From the NCBI GenBank assembly GCA_051362555.1, contig CM120649.1, positions 2,108,001-2,172,000 of the forward strand: 64,000 nucleotides of DNA. The letters run 5' to 3'. The notes beneath the pieces were generated by a model, which saw nothing but the letters and a program-made list of their open reading frames with translations, was not told the DNA's origin and made no database searches. A program made the translations under genes and the position numbers. The stretch is from Lingula anatina. Its lineage: Eukaryota; Animalia; Brachiopoda. Of this stretch, positions 14,132-25,816 are shown one piece after another; within the stretch, counting starts at the first letter, position 1, and every line of letters starts with the position of its first letter.

Positions 14132-15283
14132 GAGGATATAGTTGATTCACTTTGGAAGAGTGCTCTACCCATGGTGACGGACCATAGGGAGCTGGTATAG
14201 AAAGACAAGAAAACGAACAAAGTTAATCTGTTCTCTCCATTTTAATCTATATAAGTCCCTACAGCTGTTTCGGCCTGGAGGCCTCGTCTGGAGGCAAACA
14301 GATCAAAAAACAAAAGAACTTTCTCAGTTGAAACATTTCACTTCCATTGAATTGTGGTAGATGTCGCATTTTACTTAAAGGAATCCATAAAGTGGGTGAG
14401 TTACAGTGTGGGGGCCTGGGGATATGGGGATGTAAAAAGTGCAAAAAGTTCACTTCTTTTTATTATATTTTGCACATTATATGGAGATGTACTGACGTGG
14501 AGGTGTATCATTTCAGGGGAATTAGGGTGAAGGAGATTAACGGTGCAAAACCGTATAGGGATGTAACCTTATAGGGACCTTAATTAAAGTTTACTTCTAT
14601 TTATTGTATTTCACAGGATATACTATAACGTAAAATCCCTTTCAATGTGCATAAAGTTGCTTCCAAGGGCATGAAACCCCGAATGATGTATTTATTTCAA
14701 TTTACTATAATGAAATTTGAAACTTGTGCATCTTGATTTTGGCTTCATACTTTTCATTTTTATGGTTCTTTTGCATTGCGTTCATATGTGACAAACTTAT
14801 ACTGAAAATTCCAAAATCAAGGTTAAAATCATATGGTGACATATCATTTTGTGTAGCTGCACCAGTAGAGTGGAATAAGTTGCCAATTTTTATTAATCAA
14901 ATAGAATCACAAGAATCTTTTAAAAAGGAATTAAAAACTAATATTTTTAAGACATTTTATTCATGAATTTTAAATTTTACAATTTTAAAGAAACCTTGGA
15001 TTTTTTTACTTTTAATTACTGTTTATTACAATTTAGATTAGCTCTTATTTATATAAAATATATCTTAACCATTTTATCTATAAACTTCTTTGTATTTTAT
15101 GTTGTACAGTCTATTGAACATTTAATGGATTTTAGACTTGAAATAAATATATTATATTATATTATTATTATATGTGTTTTCTAGGTGGGGCGAGGTGAAC
15201 ATCGTGGCGAATCACGTGGCAGGGCAGATGCCAGAGACAGACACTCCCAACAACGTCGTGAATCAGAAAAAGAACTTGTATAA
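13548..15283 (+). CDS. Membrane-anchored TRADD-N-like domain protein (coding exons 13548-13991 and 15185-15283, ~180 aa); the first exon is also a candidate 5' exon of the Roco gene
   Basis: Acceptor ..tttccacag|13495, in-frame upstream stop, ATG 13548. Hydrophobic helix LAYAVLGATVGLAGLSAFYLL followed by RKEDVRR, then the motif DINPGSLLVNITCKTKESLLMLGRRYRDGSLAKDLE, resembling TRADD-N-like domains of invertebrate death-fold proteins. Phase-0 donor CAG|gtaatt at 13991. The next acceptor ttttctag|15185 reads VGRGEHRG...EKELV-stop. Confidence 0.7.
14256..14295 (-). ncRNA. Penelope-type minimal hammerhead ribozyme-like motif, core degenerate
   Basis: Minus strand: C-CAGACGA-GGCC-tcca-GGCC-GAA-ACAGCTGT-A-GG. 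Perfect stem II and palindromic stem III; the core is CAGACGA instead of CUGANGA. Confidence 0.55.
14800..14970 (+). mobile_element. L2/CR1-type LINE 3' fragment
   Basis: KSYGDISFCVAAPVEWNKLP...ESFKKELKT resembles the conserved ORF2 C-terminus of the L2/CR1 clade. Confidence 0.7.
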
Positions 15284-15839
15284 GAGATTACCGTTTTGTT
15301 GAGACAACATAGGTAAGCCTACAATATCAGCCTCGATCAAGGCTTTTCCCAGCAAACCGTCTAGACCTGATTTGGACAGCCGCTGGCATCATCCGGACGG
15401 ACAATATATTCAAAGACGTTTGTACGGCTTACAGTTTTATTCATTTTAATTGATTTATTTATTTTATTATTATTATTATTATTATTTATTTATCTATTTA
15501 TTTTGAGAATGACGGTTGGCTTGTCTGGGCGCCCATTGCCGTCGTACGAAATTCTCTTAGAGTGATTTGACGTACCTAGCTTGTTTGATGTGTCCCAGTT
15601 GAATAATATTACTTTGTATTACATTGCTGTGCACGCTTTTATTCAGTCACGACGTAACTTCTACCTAATATTACAAAATACAATAATATGATTCCATTAA
15701 CTTTAAAGTACGTAATCCATGCCGAACGGAGCAGTGACAATTAACCTACCTACATTAGGTAAAACACGAATAGGTGTTCTGGAATAAGTCAGTCAGGTGT
15801 TAAACATAAATATAATCACTTATGTGACTCGTGATATTC

Positions 15840-16045
15840 AACCACACCCAGCACCCAGACCAAACACAGACCACACCCACAACACCTAGAGCACACTGAC
15901 ACCACACTGAGATAACACCCAGACCAAACACAGACCACACTGAGACAACACCCCGACCACACTGACACCACCTCCAGAACTCACCGACACCACAATGAGA
16001 TAACACCCAGACCAAACACAGACCACACTCAACCCAGACCCAGAG
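15840..16045. repeat. Imperfect ACCACAC/CAGACC-rich minisatellite
   Basis: Recurring units such as AACACCCAGACCAAACACAGACCACAC. Confidence 0.75.
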
Positions 16046-16167
16046 AAGACAGGGTTTAACAATAGTTGACTTACTATATGCCTTCACAAAAATGTAAGTT
16101 TTGTTTTAATTTCATGTATTTATAAAGACTATTGTTTTATTTATATTTTGAGAGGCATTTTGTACTA

Positions 16168-17553
16168 CACACACTGGACAAAAGAAGTGTCACCCCCTAA
16201 CTCAGAGTAATAAAAGTAGGCAGATCTTGGGTACTTATAATGCCTGGTCTACTTATAATGTGACTAATGAGTATAAAACCGCTATACCATGGAATTGTAT
16301 TGTTTGTCTTGTACATGTACAGCAAATGTTATTCCTGTCTTCCTCCAATATGGCAAGATACAGGCAATTATCTAACGGCTATAGGTGCAAGTTATTAACC
16401 TGAAGAGGCGGAATATAAGCAATGTCAGAATATCGATACAATTGAATTGTTCAGTCAAAACCGTGCAGAGGGTCTGGTCTCGGTATAGAAACACTGGATC
16501 AAGAGACAAATTGCCTCTGATGGGTCGTCCAAGAAAATATACTGGCCGTGAAGACCGACGACTGATTTTGATGTCGAGGTTGTCAAAGTTCGACACTGCT
16601 TGTCAGTTGACAACACAGTGGAACAATTTCACACATAAGAATGTGTCTGTGAAAATTGCTAGGCGTCGGTTACATGCTCAGAGAGTGTACAGCAGGGTAG
16701 CAAGACTGAAACCTCTTATATCGTTACAAAAAAGGCAACGTAGAGTAAACTAGGGTCAACAGGATCTGGAACTGGACAGTTCATGACAATTGGTCCTATA
16801 TATTTTTTCTGATGAGTGTCGCTTTGGTCTGACCTCTGATGACAAACGGGTACTATGCTGGCAAACTGCTGGTAAAGCATTTGAACCACATGCACTGAAT
16901 TTTCGAACCCGGAGCAGCATATTCATCATGGTGTGGGGCTGCATCAGCATCCATGGCTTGGGCGAATTGATAGTGGTTAATGAAAACATGAATCACTAGA
17001 AATATATCGATGTTTTGGAGTCAGGCTTGCTACCATCTATTACTAACATGTTTGATGACAGGAATTATCCATTTGTTCACCAGGATGACAATGCTCCTTG
17101 TCACAGGCCCAGAGCAGTTGATGATTGGTTTGACCAACAGGACATTCGCAGGGTGATGTGGCCTGCCCAGAGTCCGGATGCAAACATAATAGAAAATGTG
17201 TTGAATGATATGTCAATACTTTTTACAAATGCCCGTCTAACCAGCAAAAAAACTCTGTTATATTCAGTGTTTCATGCTTGGGCCAGCATAAGCCCTGAAC
17301 GCATCAGACAATTATATGAAACCTTGCTTCGTAGACTGGCACCTATTATTAGGTCACGTGGCTATGCCACTAAGTACTAATTTTGGACTTGAAACTGCAT
17401 ATTTTGGTAGAATGTATATTTTGTTCTAATTTTGTGATTTTTTGTGAATTTTGATGTTAATAAAATGATACCAGGAGCATATCATTCCACAGTCATTTAT
17501 CTCCCCCATAGTATTGGCTCAGTAGGGGTGACACTTCTTTTGTCCAGTGTGTG
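16168..17553 (+). mobile_element. Full-length but inactivated Tc1/mariner DNA transposon
   Basis: ~29-bp TIRs CACACACTGGACAAAAGAAGTGTCACCCC / GGGGTGACACTTCTTTTGTCCAGTGTGTG with TA TSDs. Transposase pieces (ORFs 16385, 16790, 17015) carry HTH/GRPRK, FSDE, QDDNAPCH and SPDANIIEN (DDE) motifs, interrupted by stops. Confidence 0.95.
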
Positions 17554-19761
17554 TATTTTGTTTTAGTGAAGTGAAGTGGAATTTTTCAAAATAAAGATAT
17601 TAAAAAACAAGCTGTTGTTCAAAAAGAGTCTAAACAATATCCCGATACAGTCTATTATTACAGTCAGACTTACGACCCACAGTCATCAGCAGTTGGATCT
17701 CTTGCCTCAAAAGTTATGAAACTATATAAGCTGAAAAGAGAAACGAGTCAGGCCAAAAGAACGGTAACTGTACAATGTAACTGCAAAGTTCTTAGAACAA
17801 GCCATCAGTTTGATAATAACAGTGAAGAATTCCGTTGACATATAAGAGAGCTCATATCAAGCTCTGTTTCTCAATAAAGTGATATTGTCATTACAAACAT
17901 TTTCCAAAATATGACCCAAAAAATCTTCAAAGACCAAACGAACCTGTTGGTTCTCATCCAAAGGAAAAAGTCGGGTCCGATGGGGCTATCGTCAGTATAA
18001 GGGAGGGGGTTGGGTGTATATTTGTAAGTTGAGGAACAAACAGAGGAATCCAGACCCTTCTAAGGGAGGTGTTGTTTTATTGACCCCTCTCAAGGACATG
18101 GTGCAGTTTACTTTGACCCTTTCTCCGACACTTCTAAGGGTGAGGCCTTGAAGTTTGATCCCTCTCGCGAACATAGTGTAGGTATCTGCATTGATCCTTT
18201 CTTAAACCCCTCTTATTTAGGGGTGGGGGTAATGTGAATTTTGATTCTTCTAAAAGCCAGGGTGAAATTTCCTCCACATACCTCTTTGATTGGCACAATG
18301 ACGTACACTCTTTGAAAACAAAATGTGAGTCACATTTTTCTGAAAAGTCCTCCGATATTGATACTTTCATATTAGGGGAAGAAATGGGAACTGAAATGAT
18401 TCCAAAATATGGTGCTTGCAAATGTAATTGTAAGGTAATTGTAACTGTATTTGTAAAAGAAACTAGATCTGAATGAAGACTTCAATTTTCTGAGATATTG
18501 CAGTTAGGTGCAATTGATTCAGTAACTGTTTTGTTTGCGATCAACAAACTGAGCACTCGGTGTCATGTATGTACATATATGAGAATGTTCGTGTTGGAGA
18601 AATCAGGGCAGCAACAACAGGGGATTAGCTGATAGCATGATATTGCAGATTAGGTGACAAGAGGTAGGTTTCCTAGTGATTAAGGCACAGATTCAGAATG
18701 ATTCAAGAAGCCACATTCTCTTCACAAGCCACGGGATCAATTTAGTGAGTATAAATTTAACCCTATAATATTTCTGAATTGGTTCCAGGTGAGAAGAAAC
18801 CCCAAGCATCTGTGACCAAAGTGAATGCTTGAACATTATCCTCTAGCGAAACATCTTAATTCAGGTGTTCATCTTTGAAGGTTATAAAATGGGCGTAGGT
18901 CATCGGGTCAACAGAATAAAAAGAAGCAAATTCAAATATTTTTCAATAATTGGAGGACTCTACCGTGAAACTAAAACAAAGAAAAAACATATAAAAGTAT
19001 TTGTTCAGTATACATAAATGTTACAATTTTTGAACGCAAATTACAGAGTTGAAAATACTAGTATCACCATTCTCTGGTCATCAACATTTACTTTCTGTGA
19101 CTAAACAATCTAATATTCTTTATTGTTAATAAGTTGAGATACATGTAGCAATATAATATATATATATAAGATTTAATAAATTCTATACAATTTTGTGCCT
19201 AAATATCTCACCAGTATGTGCCGCGTTCAACAAAATGATCCCCTCCGGATTCTACCGCTGATATTTCTCTGCTACCCTCTACAGCCTGGCCCACACTGCA
19301 TACTCTCAAGGGTTCGTATGACCAACAAAAACTGTTCATTTATGTACATGAAGTGCAGTAGATGTGCATGGTTAGTGCATGGTTAGCACACCCACTGCAA
19401 TACAGACTCTGTTTATACATACCGGTGTAATGTGACAGAGAATCCCTCATGACAGAGAGTCCGCTTCCCATTCATTTGTACAGGAAAACCTTTGACCTAC
19501 TTATAAGGTCAAGCTTTACCCTAACCATTTCAACTATATGTAAGGCTGACTTTCTGTTACATGTTGTAGAAAAATAAGGAAACAACAACTGAAATTGCTC
19601 TTCTTTGTTACTAAGAACAAATAGTCGATCTTTCACGTCAGACTTTGTGTGCAAATGTCTTTGTGATTTTTGAAAAACGTTTGTATACCTCACTTCGTTC
19701 TTCAACAGTGATTACAGTATTCAGATTAAACTCCATTTTTATCTATCTATCTATTTTCATT

Positions 19762-20272
19762 CGCTAGATTCCGCACAATCTGGAAGTCAGAGCAGTACAG
19801 CTTACACACCAAAGTCCATCTTTACAACAGCAGTGTGAAGTCTGGGTCTGAATGTTGGAGAGTTACAAAGTCTGACATGAGCAGAGTAGAGTCCTTCCAT
19901 AACAGGTGTCTCCGCAGAATCTGCCGCATATTCTGGCCAAATAAGATCTCCAACCATGACCTGTACATACTGACAGGGAGCCAGAGTATTGTAGGGCAGA
20001 TCAAGCGACGACGGTTTAAATGGCTCGGCCATGTACTTAGGATGGACGAGAACCGAGTACCAAAGGAAGCTCTGAGATGGACACCACCCGGAAAAAGGAA
20101 GAGAGGAAGGCCCAAGACCACCTGGCGCCGAACAGTGATGGCAGAGCTGAGGGAGGGGGACCTTACATGGGGACAGGCCCAGCACGTAGCCAGAGACAGG
20201 GCCAAATGGAAAGAAGTGAATGTGGCCTTATGTCCCACATGGGACGAAGAGCACTGCTGCTGATGATGATGA
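19762..20272 (+). mobile_element. RTE-type LINE 3' end
   Basis: ORF 19835..20263 (ESFHNRCLRRICRIFWP..KWLGHVLRM..GKRKRGRPKTTW) followed by a (TGA)n tail. Confidence 0.9.
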
Positions 20273-21035
20273 TCTATTTTACTCAAAGTTTAATTGTTTT
20301 ATTCGAAAATAAATAACAACATAGTCTTTTCTTTAGGCACCGCTAAGTTCGTTGAGTTATTGAGAAATAAGAAGCAATGTTTGATTAAGCTATAATTTAT
20401 TGTTTTTGTCTTGTGAGATTTTACAATTAAGGCTGTCCTTGGGCGATTCTAAGAAGCGCTTAACGAGTAAAATGCTCTGTAATTATTGTTTTTTTTTCTT
20501 TTAGATTTTATTTGCAATAAAAATCCTGGAACTCATATGATTAACCAAGGTATCGGGGTCAGTCTATAGAACAAATTAATGGGGGATTCAAACAGACTAT
20601 AGTTCGTATATGGTTGATAGCACACCACAGATAAAACATCCGATAGTGCCAGCATGCGGCGAGAGTACTAATCTTTTGCAATTGGTGTACCTGTGCCACA
20701 TCCAGCCCGGTTAAACAAGTAAAAAGAAAGGTTGTATTTATAAACCTATATTGTTGACAAAGACGGGCAATGTTTGATAACGGTATTAAAATTAACATTT
20801 ACAATCACTGGTGCGGGACAGAGCGCCTGCTACATTTATGAAGATAAAGATGCTTTTGAGCACCTAGATCTACCAGTACGTTGCTTAACAAGCCACGACT
20901 GTATGTAATTTTTTGAAAAATCAACTATGCTTAATGAGCATAGCACTGGAATCTATCGTCAGTCAGAATTAAAGAAAAATAATGTTTATGCAAAAGGGTA
21001 TGTAAACAGCGTAGGCGATTTCAAAGCACATATTA

Positions 21036-21330
21036 TTAATAATAATAATTCATTGTCATATTCATAGCTAAAAGTATAAAATGAGAAATTTCAGTGCGTG
21101 CAGAAGTTACTTTTGATGGCCGTAGTCGATTTGATGACATAGGTAGAAGAAGACTATTCGCTGGGTGACCAGGGTCACCCATGATTGACTTCACTTTCCT
21201 GAGCACTCGTCTCATATACAAACATTCAATTGAGGGCAATTCCCTACCCACAATGCTGCTGGCAGTTTTTACTACGCGATCGAGGCGATTCTTGTCTTCT
21301 GCTGAAGCACCACGTACCGTACCAGCAATA
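21036..21330 (-). mobile_element. Non-LTR retrotransposon 3' fragment (Rex1/L2-like)
   Basis: LDRVVKTASSIVG..RKVKSIMGDPGHPAN resembles a LINE ORF2 C-terminus; AT-rich repeat tail. Confidence 0.65.
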
Positions 21331-21616
21331 TCCCGCACGAAAACGAAGTAGATACTCCAGCGCAGTAGAGTACTGCAATCATACTGCAAACATGCTTCAA
21401 ATCTGCTTCGATTTGGGAGCTGATTAGCATATTTGAAACATGCTTCTATCATGCTGCTAATCTACTGCATTAATGCTCCTCCTCTGTACAACCCTATGTA
21501 ATTTTTGAAGTAGAATTGCAGTAGGCTATGCTGCATTTCTACTGCAAATATGCTCCACACCACTACTGCGTTAATGCTTCTTTGCTACTTCGATACTACT
21601 GCATTTTCTTGCGGGA
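21331..21616. mobile_element. MITE with TCCCGCA...TGCGGGA termini
   Basis: Imperfect TIRs, TA on both flanks, internal CTACTGCA repeats. Confidence 0.6.
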
Positions 21617-21620
21617 TATG

Positions 21621-21866
21621 CAGTGGCGGATTTAGAGGGGGATCAGGGGGGTCCCTTCGATTTCTGGTCCACTCTTGAAATTAGAATTTTAACTAGTTGA
21701 ATCATAGCTCTAAACCGTACCAAATTGTACCGTTCGCCCTCTAAAATACTAAAAATACCCGAACTCCACGCCGAATGGAGGGGGGGGGGGGAATATGGGG
21801 GGGGGGGGTCGGCTTCACATCTGCGGACTCCCCCCCCCCCTTCAAATAATCCTGGATCCGCCCCTG
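21621..21866. mobile_element. Small TIR element (CAGTGGCGGAT...ATCCGCCCCTG)
   Basis: Terminal inverted repeats of the same type as 8892-9194. Confidence 0.65.
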
Positions 21867-23572
21867 TATATGCAACATCATCAAGGATTTCCCTGTGGTC
21901 AATTGTAATTCTTTCCACATAACGCACTAATATCCAATCCATTTTTCCATTTTCTTTTTAAATTTCCCAACTCTTAATTTTTACCTCCTCTTTACTTTCT
22001 TAATAAAACATGAACGAAAATAACAACGAAAATAATGCGGTGCGCCTGCGCAGAAAAGTTTTATCGGATTTTTTTAACTTGGCGGCGCTGATGTCATTAC
22101 TTTATTCTCAGGTCAGTTTCAGGTAACAGAGCCTGACAATAGAACTAATACACGACCTACATTAGGAAGGAGGAGAAACTACAAACAGGCATCTACACGC
22201 AAATAGTCATCACAGGATTTGAATAGTAAGTACCAATCAACCATTCAGTAAGTTTTGAACAGAGAAATTATTTTTACTAAGTTACTTGTTAATGCACTTT
22301 TAAGCTGAAGGCGGTAGGCGGCTGGGTAGGCACACCCTTAACAGATATCAACCGACAAGCGTTCGATAAGGTCACGTGGTTTTACTTGTGGTACAGGTAG
22401 ACCGAGTGGAGAGTCTTCAAGGACAATGTCATTTTCTTGGGGCTAAGAATAATTAAATATTATTTAATATAATTTCTAGGCAACCGTAGTTATTATTTTA
22501 TTTATTTATTTTTTTTTTGCATTTTGATAACTTAAAGGGTTAACGATAAAAAAGAACTGTATGCAGAGGAATAAGATGTTGACGCATGTACAAAAAGGGC
22601 GCTTTTTGAATATTGAAGAAGTGTTTACAGTCTAGCTGTTTATTAAAACCACCAGCGTGAGCGCTGGCGGAACTCGTGGTTTTCGGCCGCTACGTCTCCG
22701 TTCTCCAATAAGATTACAAGGGCCCGTGTCCCCGTCTCCGGGAACAAGGTCACATACCATTTCGGGGTTTTGTCGATACTCCCCCGCACCGCTCCCCCCC
22801 CCCCTCCCCCACACAAATATTCCCCCTAGTAAACTTTTGCATTATTCGCATAGATACGACCCTATATCGATAGATCCCCTCATCTATACATCCCCTGTAA
22901 AATCACCGTTACTCCCCCACTTTAAATTTGATACTCCCCCGCATCGATACTCCCCTTATTCCATGTTTTCATATTATGGACATTTTTCTCATCGAAATTA
23001 TAATAAAAATAGGCCATATAAATTTTACAGTCTGACGTGATAGATTGACATTTCTAATGGAATCTAAGCTGTGGGAGAGTAACAGTGCGTGGGGGTATTG
23101 GTGTGGGGACATTAAGATACAGGGGAGTATGAATGCCAGTAGCATCGTTGCGGGGGAGGGGGGTGGGGGTAATTTGAGATTTGGCTTAGCAAATTATTCG
23201 GCCCTTACTTGAACCACTATAATTATTATTATCTCAACTTTATTTGGTTTGTGGTGCCCTTTGAAAAACTTTGATGAGTTTTGGTAAGTCAATACATGTA
23301 CTAGTATATAAAGTGTAAATACATTGGCCTTTGCTAAAATAATCCTTATTTGGGACGAAGTTGAGAAAAAAAGCCAAATAATGTCAAAGCCAAATTTGAA
23401 TATTCTGTAAAAATTTACAAAGTCCACAATGCTACATCTTAATACAAATGTCCAAATGTGAACTGAATATTTGGGGAGCAAGCCCAGCTTTTTTTAAACC
23501 TATTTTCCTCTTTCTACAGGCGTTGATGGCCTTGATTAACAGCTTAAGATGTACTAAACCTGAGTCGCACTT

Positions 23573-24985
23573 ATGGCTGGAGCACCGACCTCTAACATTC
23601 TCCCTGCCCTTGAGTTGAATATAACCTTTCCATATACGTTTCAACTTCGCATAGCAGACAACAGATTGGCATATGCAGTGCTGGGGACCAGGGGCGTAAC
23701 CAGACCTTTAAAAATTGTACGCACAGATTTTTAAAATTCCCAGCAAAATGTAGACTAATGCAAGAGATGATGATCGAAGGACAGCGTAATTACAGCATAT
23801 GTACCACACATCGCAGCTTAATTTCCATTTTAATGGAATATTATTAAAATAATAAAATCATCATTTAGTCAGAAATATTCTCGCAATTAAAAAAGTTTCA
23901 ATATTCTTATTACCCAGAACGGTATATTTATTTAAAAGGAGGCTAGCTTCGCATATGTGGAACCCCTTCGAATAATCCTGGATCCACCTCTGAGTTGAAA
24001 TAACATACGGTTTCATTCACCTTACATGTGGATGCATGGCTCCCAAAAACAACCAACGACAGAGCTCTGATACATCTAAGTTTAATTATTTGTTTGTAAA
24101 AATTGCCCATGTCACCCTGTTAGTTTGGAGGGGTAAGTTGGGTCAAGTCCATGTCAAAATTCTTTGAAGCTTTGCAGGAAAAATTCTTCCTTTGTTTCTC
24201 TAGCTCCTTCTTTAACCTATTGTCCAGATTTTATCTAGTGCCCCCAGGGTTGCGGGAGCTGCTCTTCGAAAATAACACTCAGGCAGATTTTTACCTGATA
24301 TTTATATCGCCAGCGAGAATGCGTTCAAGAAAGAGGGTACAGAAGAGTTGAGGGCCACTGAACCTTTCAATTAAGAGGTAAAGGAAGTTCCAGTTAGATG
24401 GACGATTAAGATAGGACTTGTTAAGGTTACGGGCATTGTTTACCTCAGTTTGCAAGACGGGGGAGGAGGGGGGTCAGAACAATAGTGCCTATACAATTGA
24501 TACAGAGGGTTCGTACATACAGGTGACTTTAAAAAGCAGAGGATTTTCTTTTGTATTCCGTGAAAAATACACTAAATTTATATAAAATAATATCATGGTT
24601 GGCCAAAAAAATTGTACGCACAGTGCATCCGTGCGTATGCCTAGTTACGCCCATGGGGACGACAGTTGGATTGGCTGGACTTGCTGCGTTTTGTCTTCGA
24701 CGAAGTGAGGACGTTCGTCGCATCATCAGGAATGTGATCGTTGGCAATGACAATGATCAAGACCCAGCAGTTAATGATATTAACCCGGGTTCTTTGCTTG
24801 TGGATATTACATGTAAAACCAGAGAGAGTCTCCTGACGCTGGGGCGCCGATATAGTGATGGTTCTCTGACTACGGACATAGAAAAGGGCCTTAAATCAAT
24901 CGGATACGAGAAAGCAATCACTGTGACTGCAGAAAAAGATGGTAGATCATTTGCATTGGACAAGGTGCACCAAGCTCTACTACAG
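23573..24985 (+). pseudogene. Second TM + TRADD-N-like exon, interrupted by a transposon (pieces 23573-23688 and 24661-24985)
   Basis: Acceptor at 23520 and ATG at 23573 (same 53-nt spacing as the paralog). Removing 23689-24660 restores an open frame MAGAPTSNILPALEL...LAYAVLGTTVGLAGLAAF...DINPGSLLVDITCKTRESL...ALLQ ending at a phase-0 donor CAG|gtaatt. Confidence 0.8.
23689..24655 (+). mobile_element. Non-autonomous DNA transposon (967 bp) inserted in a coding exon
   Basis: TIRs CAGGGGCGTAAC / GTTACGCCCATG; 5-bp TSD GGGAC (23684-23688, 24656-24660). The empty site is visible in the paralog near 13655-13675. Confidence 0.9.
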
Positions 24986-25041
24986 GTAATTTTCAGTAAA
25001 CAAAGAAAGTTTATGCTTATTTATGCCATGGGGTAGTGGTG

Positions 25042-25084
<43 letters not shown>

Positions 25085-25603
25085 TAAACTTTTCTGAGAA
25101 ACATTTTCCAATTGTTTTGTTTGCTGTGTCAATGTCACTTCTTTTTTTCGTAAATTCTAGGTACTTTTTGTACATAGAATTGCATAAAAAATGAGGCCAC
25201 TATTGTAGCACCAACGTGGTGCCCGTCTCGTTGACCGGCTCCGTTGACCCCACTGGCCCCGTCACCAAGTCACCTTTAATTACCGCTTCTCTTCTTAGAC
25301 TACAAGACCTTGTGTACCCATCTCTTGGGTGTAGGGCAAATATGATCTCAACTCAATCCATGAAAATTTTGGACTTTTACTATCGCTGCACTGGTCCAGG
25401 TGAGGCGCTAATTGCAATGAACCCTTGTCTAAAATTTGCAAAATTAAAATATCTCCGAAAACAAAGGAATTATGGGAAAAGTTACTGTAGAAGTGTGACC
25501 GAAAATCATATGTGGAGATTTCAAATATGCCCTAGGATTTGGCCTTTAATTATTTCAAGGTCAAACAGGCCAAATTTAAATGTTCTTAAAATGGGAATTT
25601 TCT

Positions 25604-25648
<45 letters not shown>

Positions 25649-25816
25649 ACTTCATATACATGTAGCTTTCATCCCCATCCCTCTCCCACTAATATTCTGT
25701 TCTGTATTGTCAGCAAAGGTGTCTTACTTTACCAGGCAGGTAAAATTGGTGCTTGGAATGTTAATGGTTCATTTAAAAGAATTGCTTATGAAAGAATTAT
25801 TAAGTTTGATCTACCT

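Noticed and set aside
22632-23190. Pro-rich 127-aa ORF and C-rich/G-rich blocks
   Set aside because: Low-complexity composition with no splice support; likely a repeat remnant.
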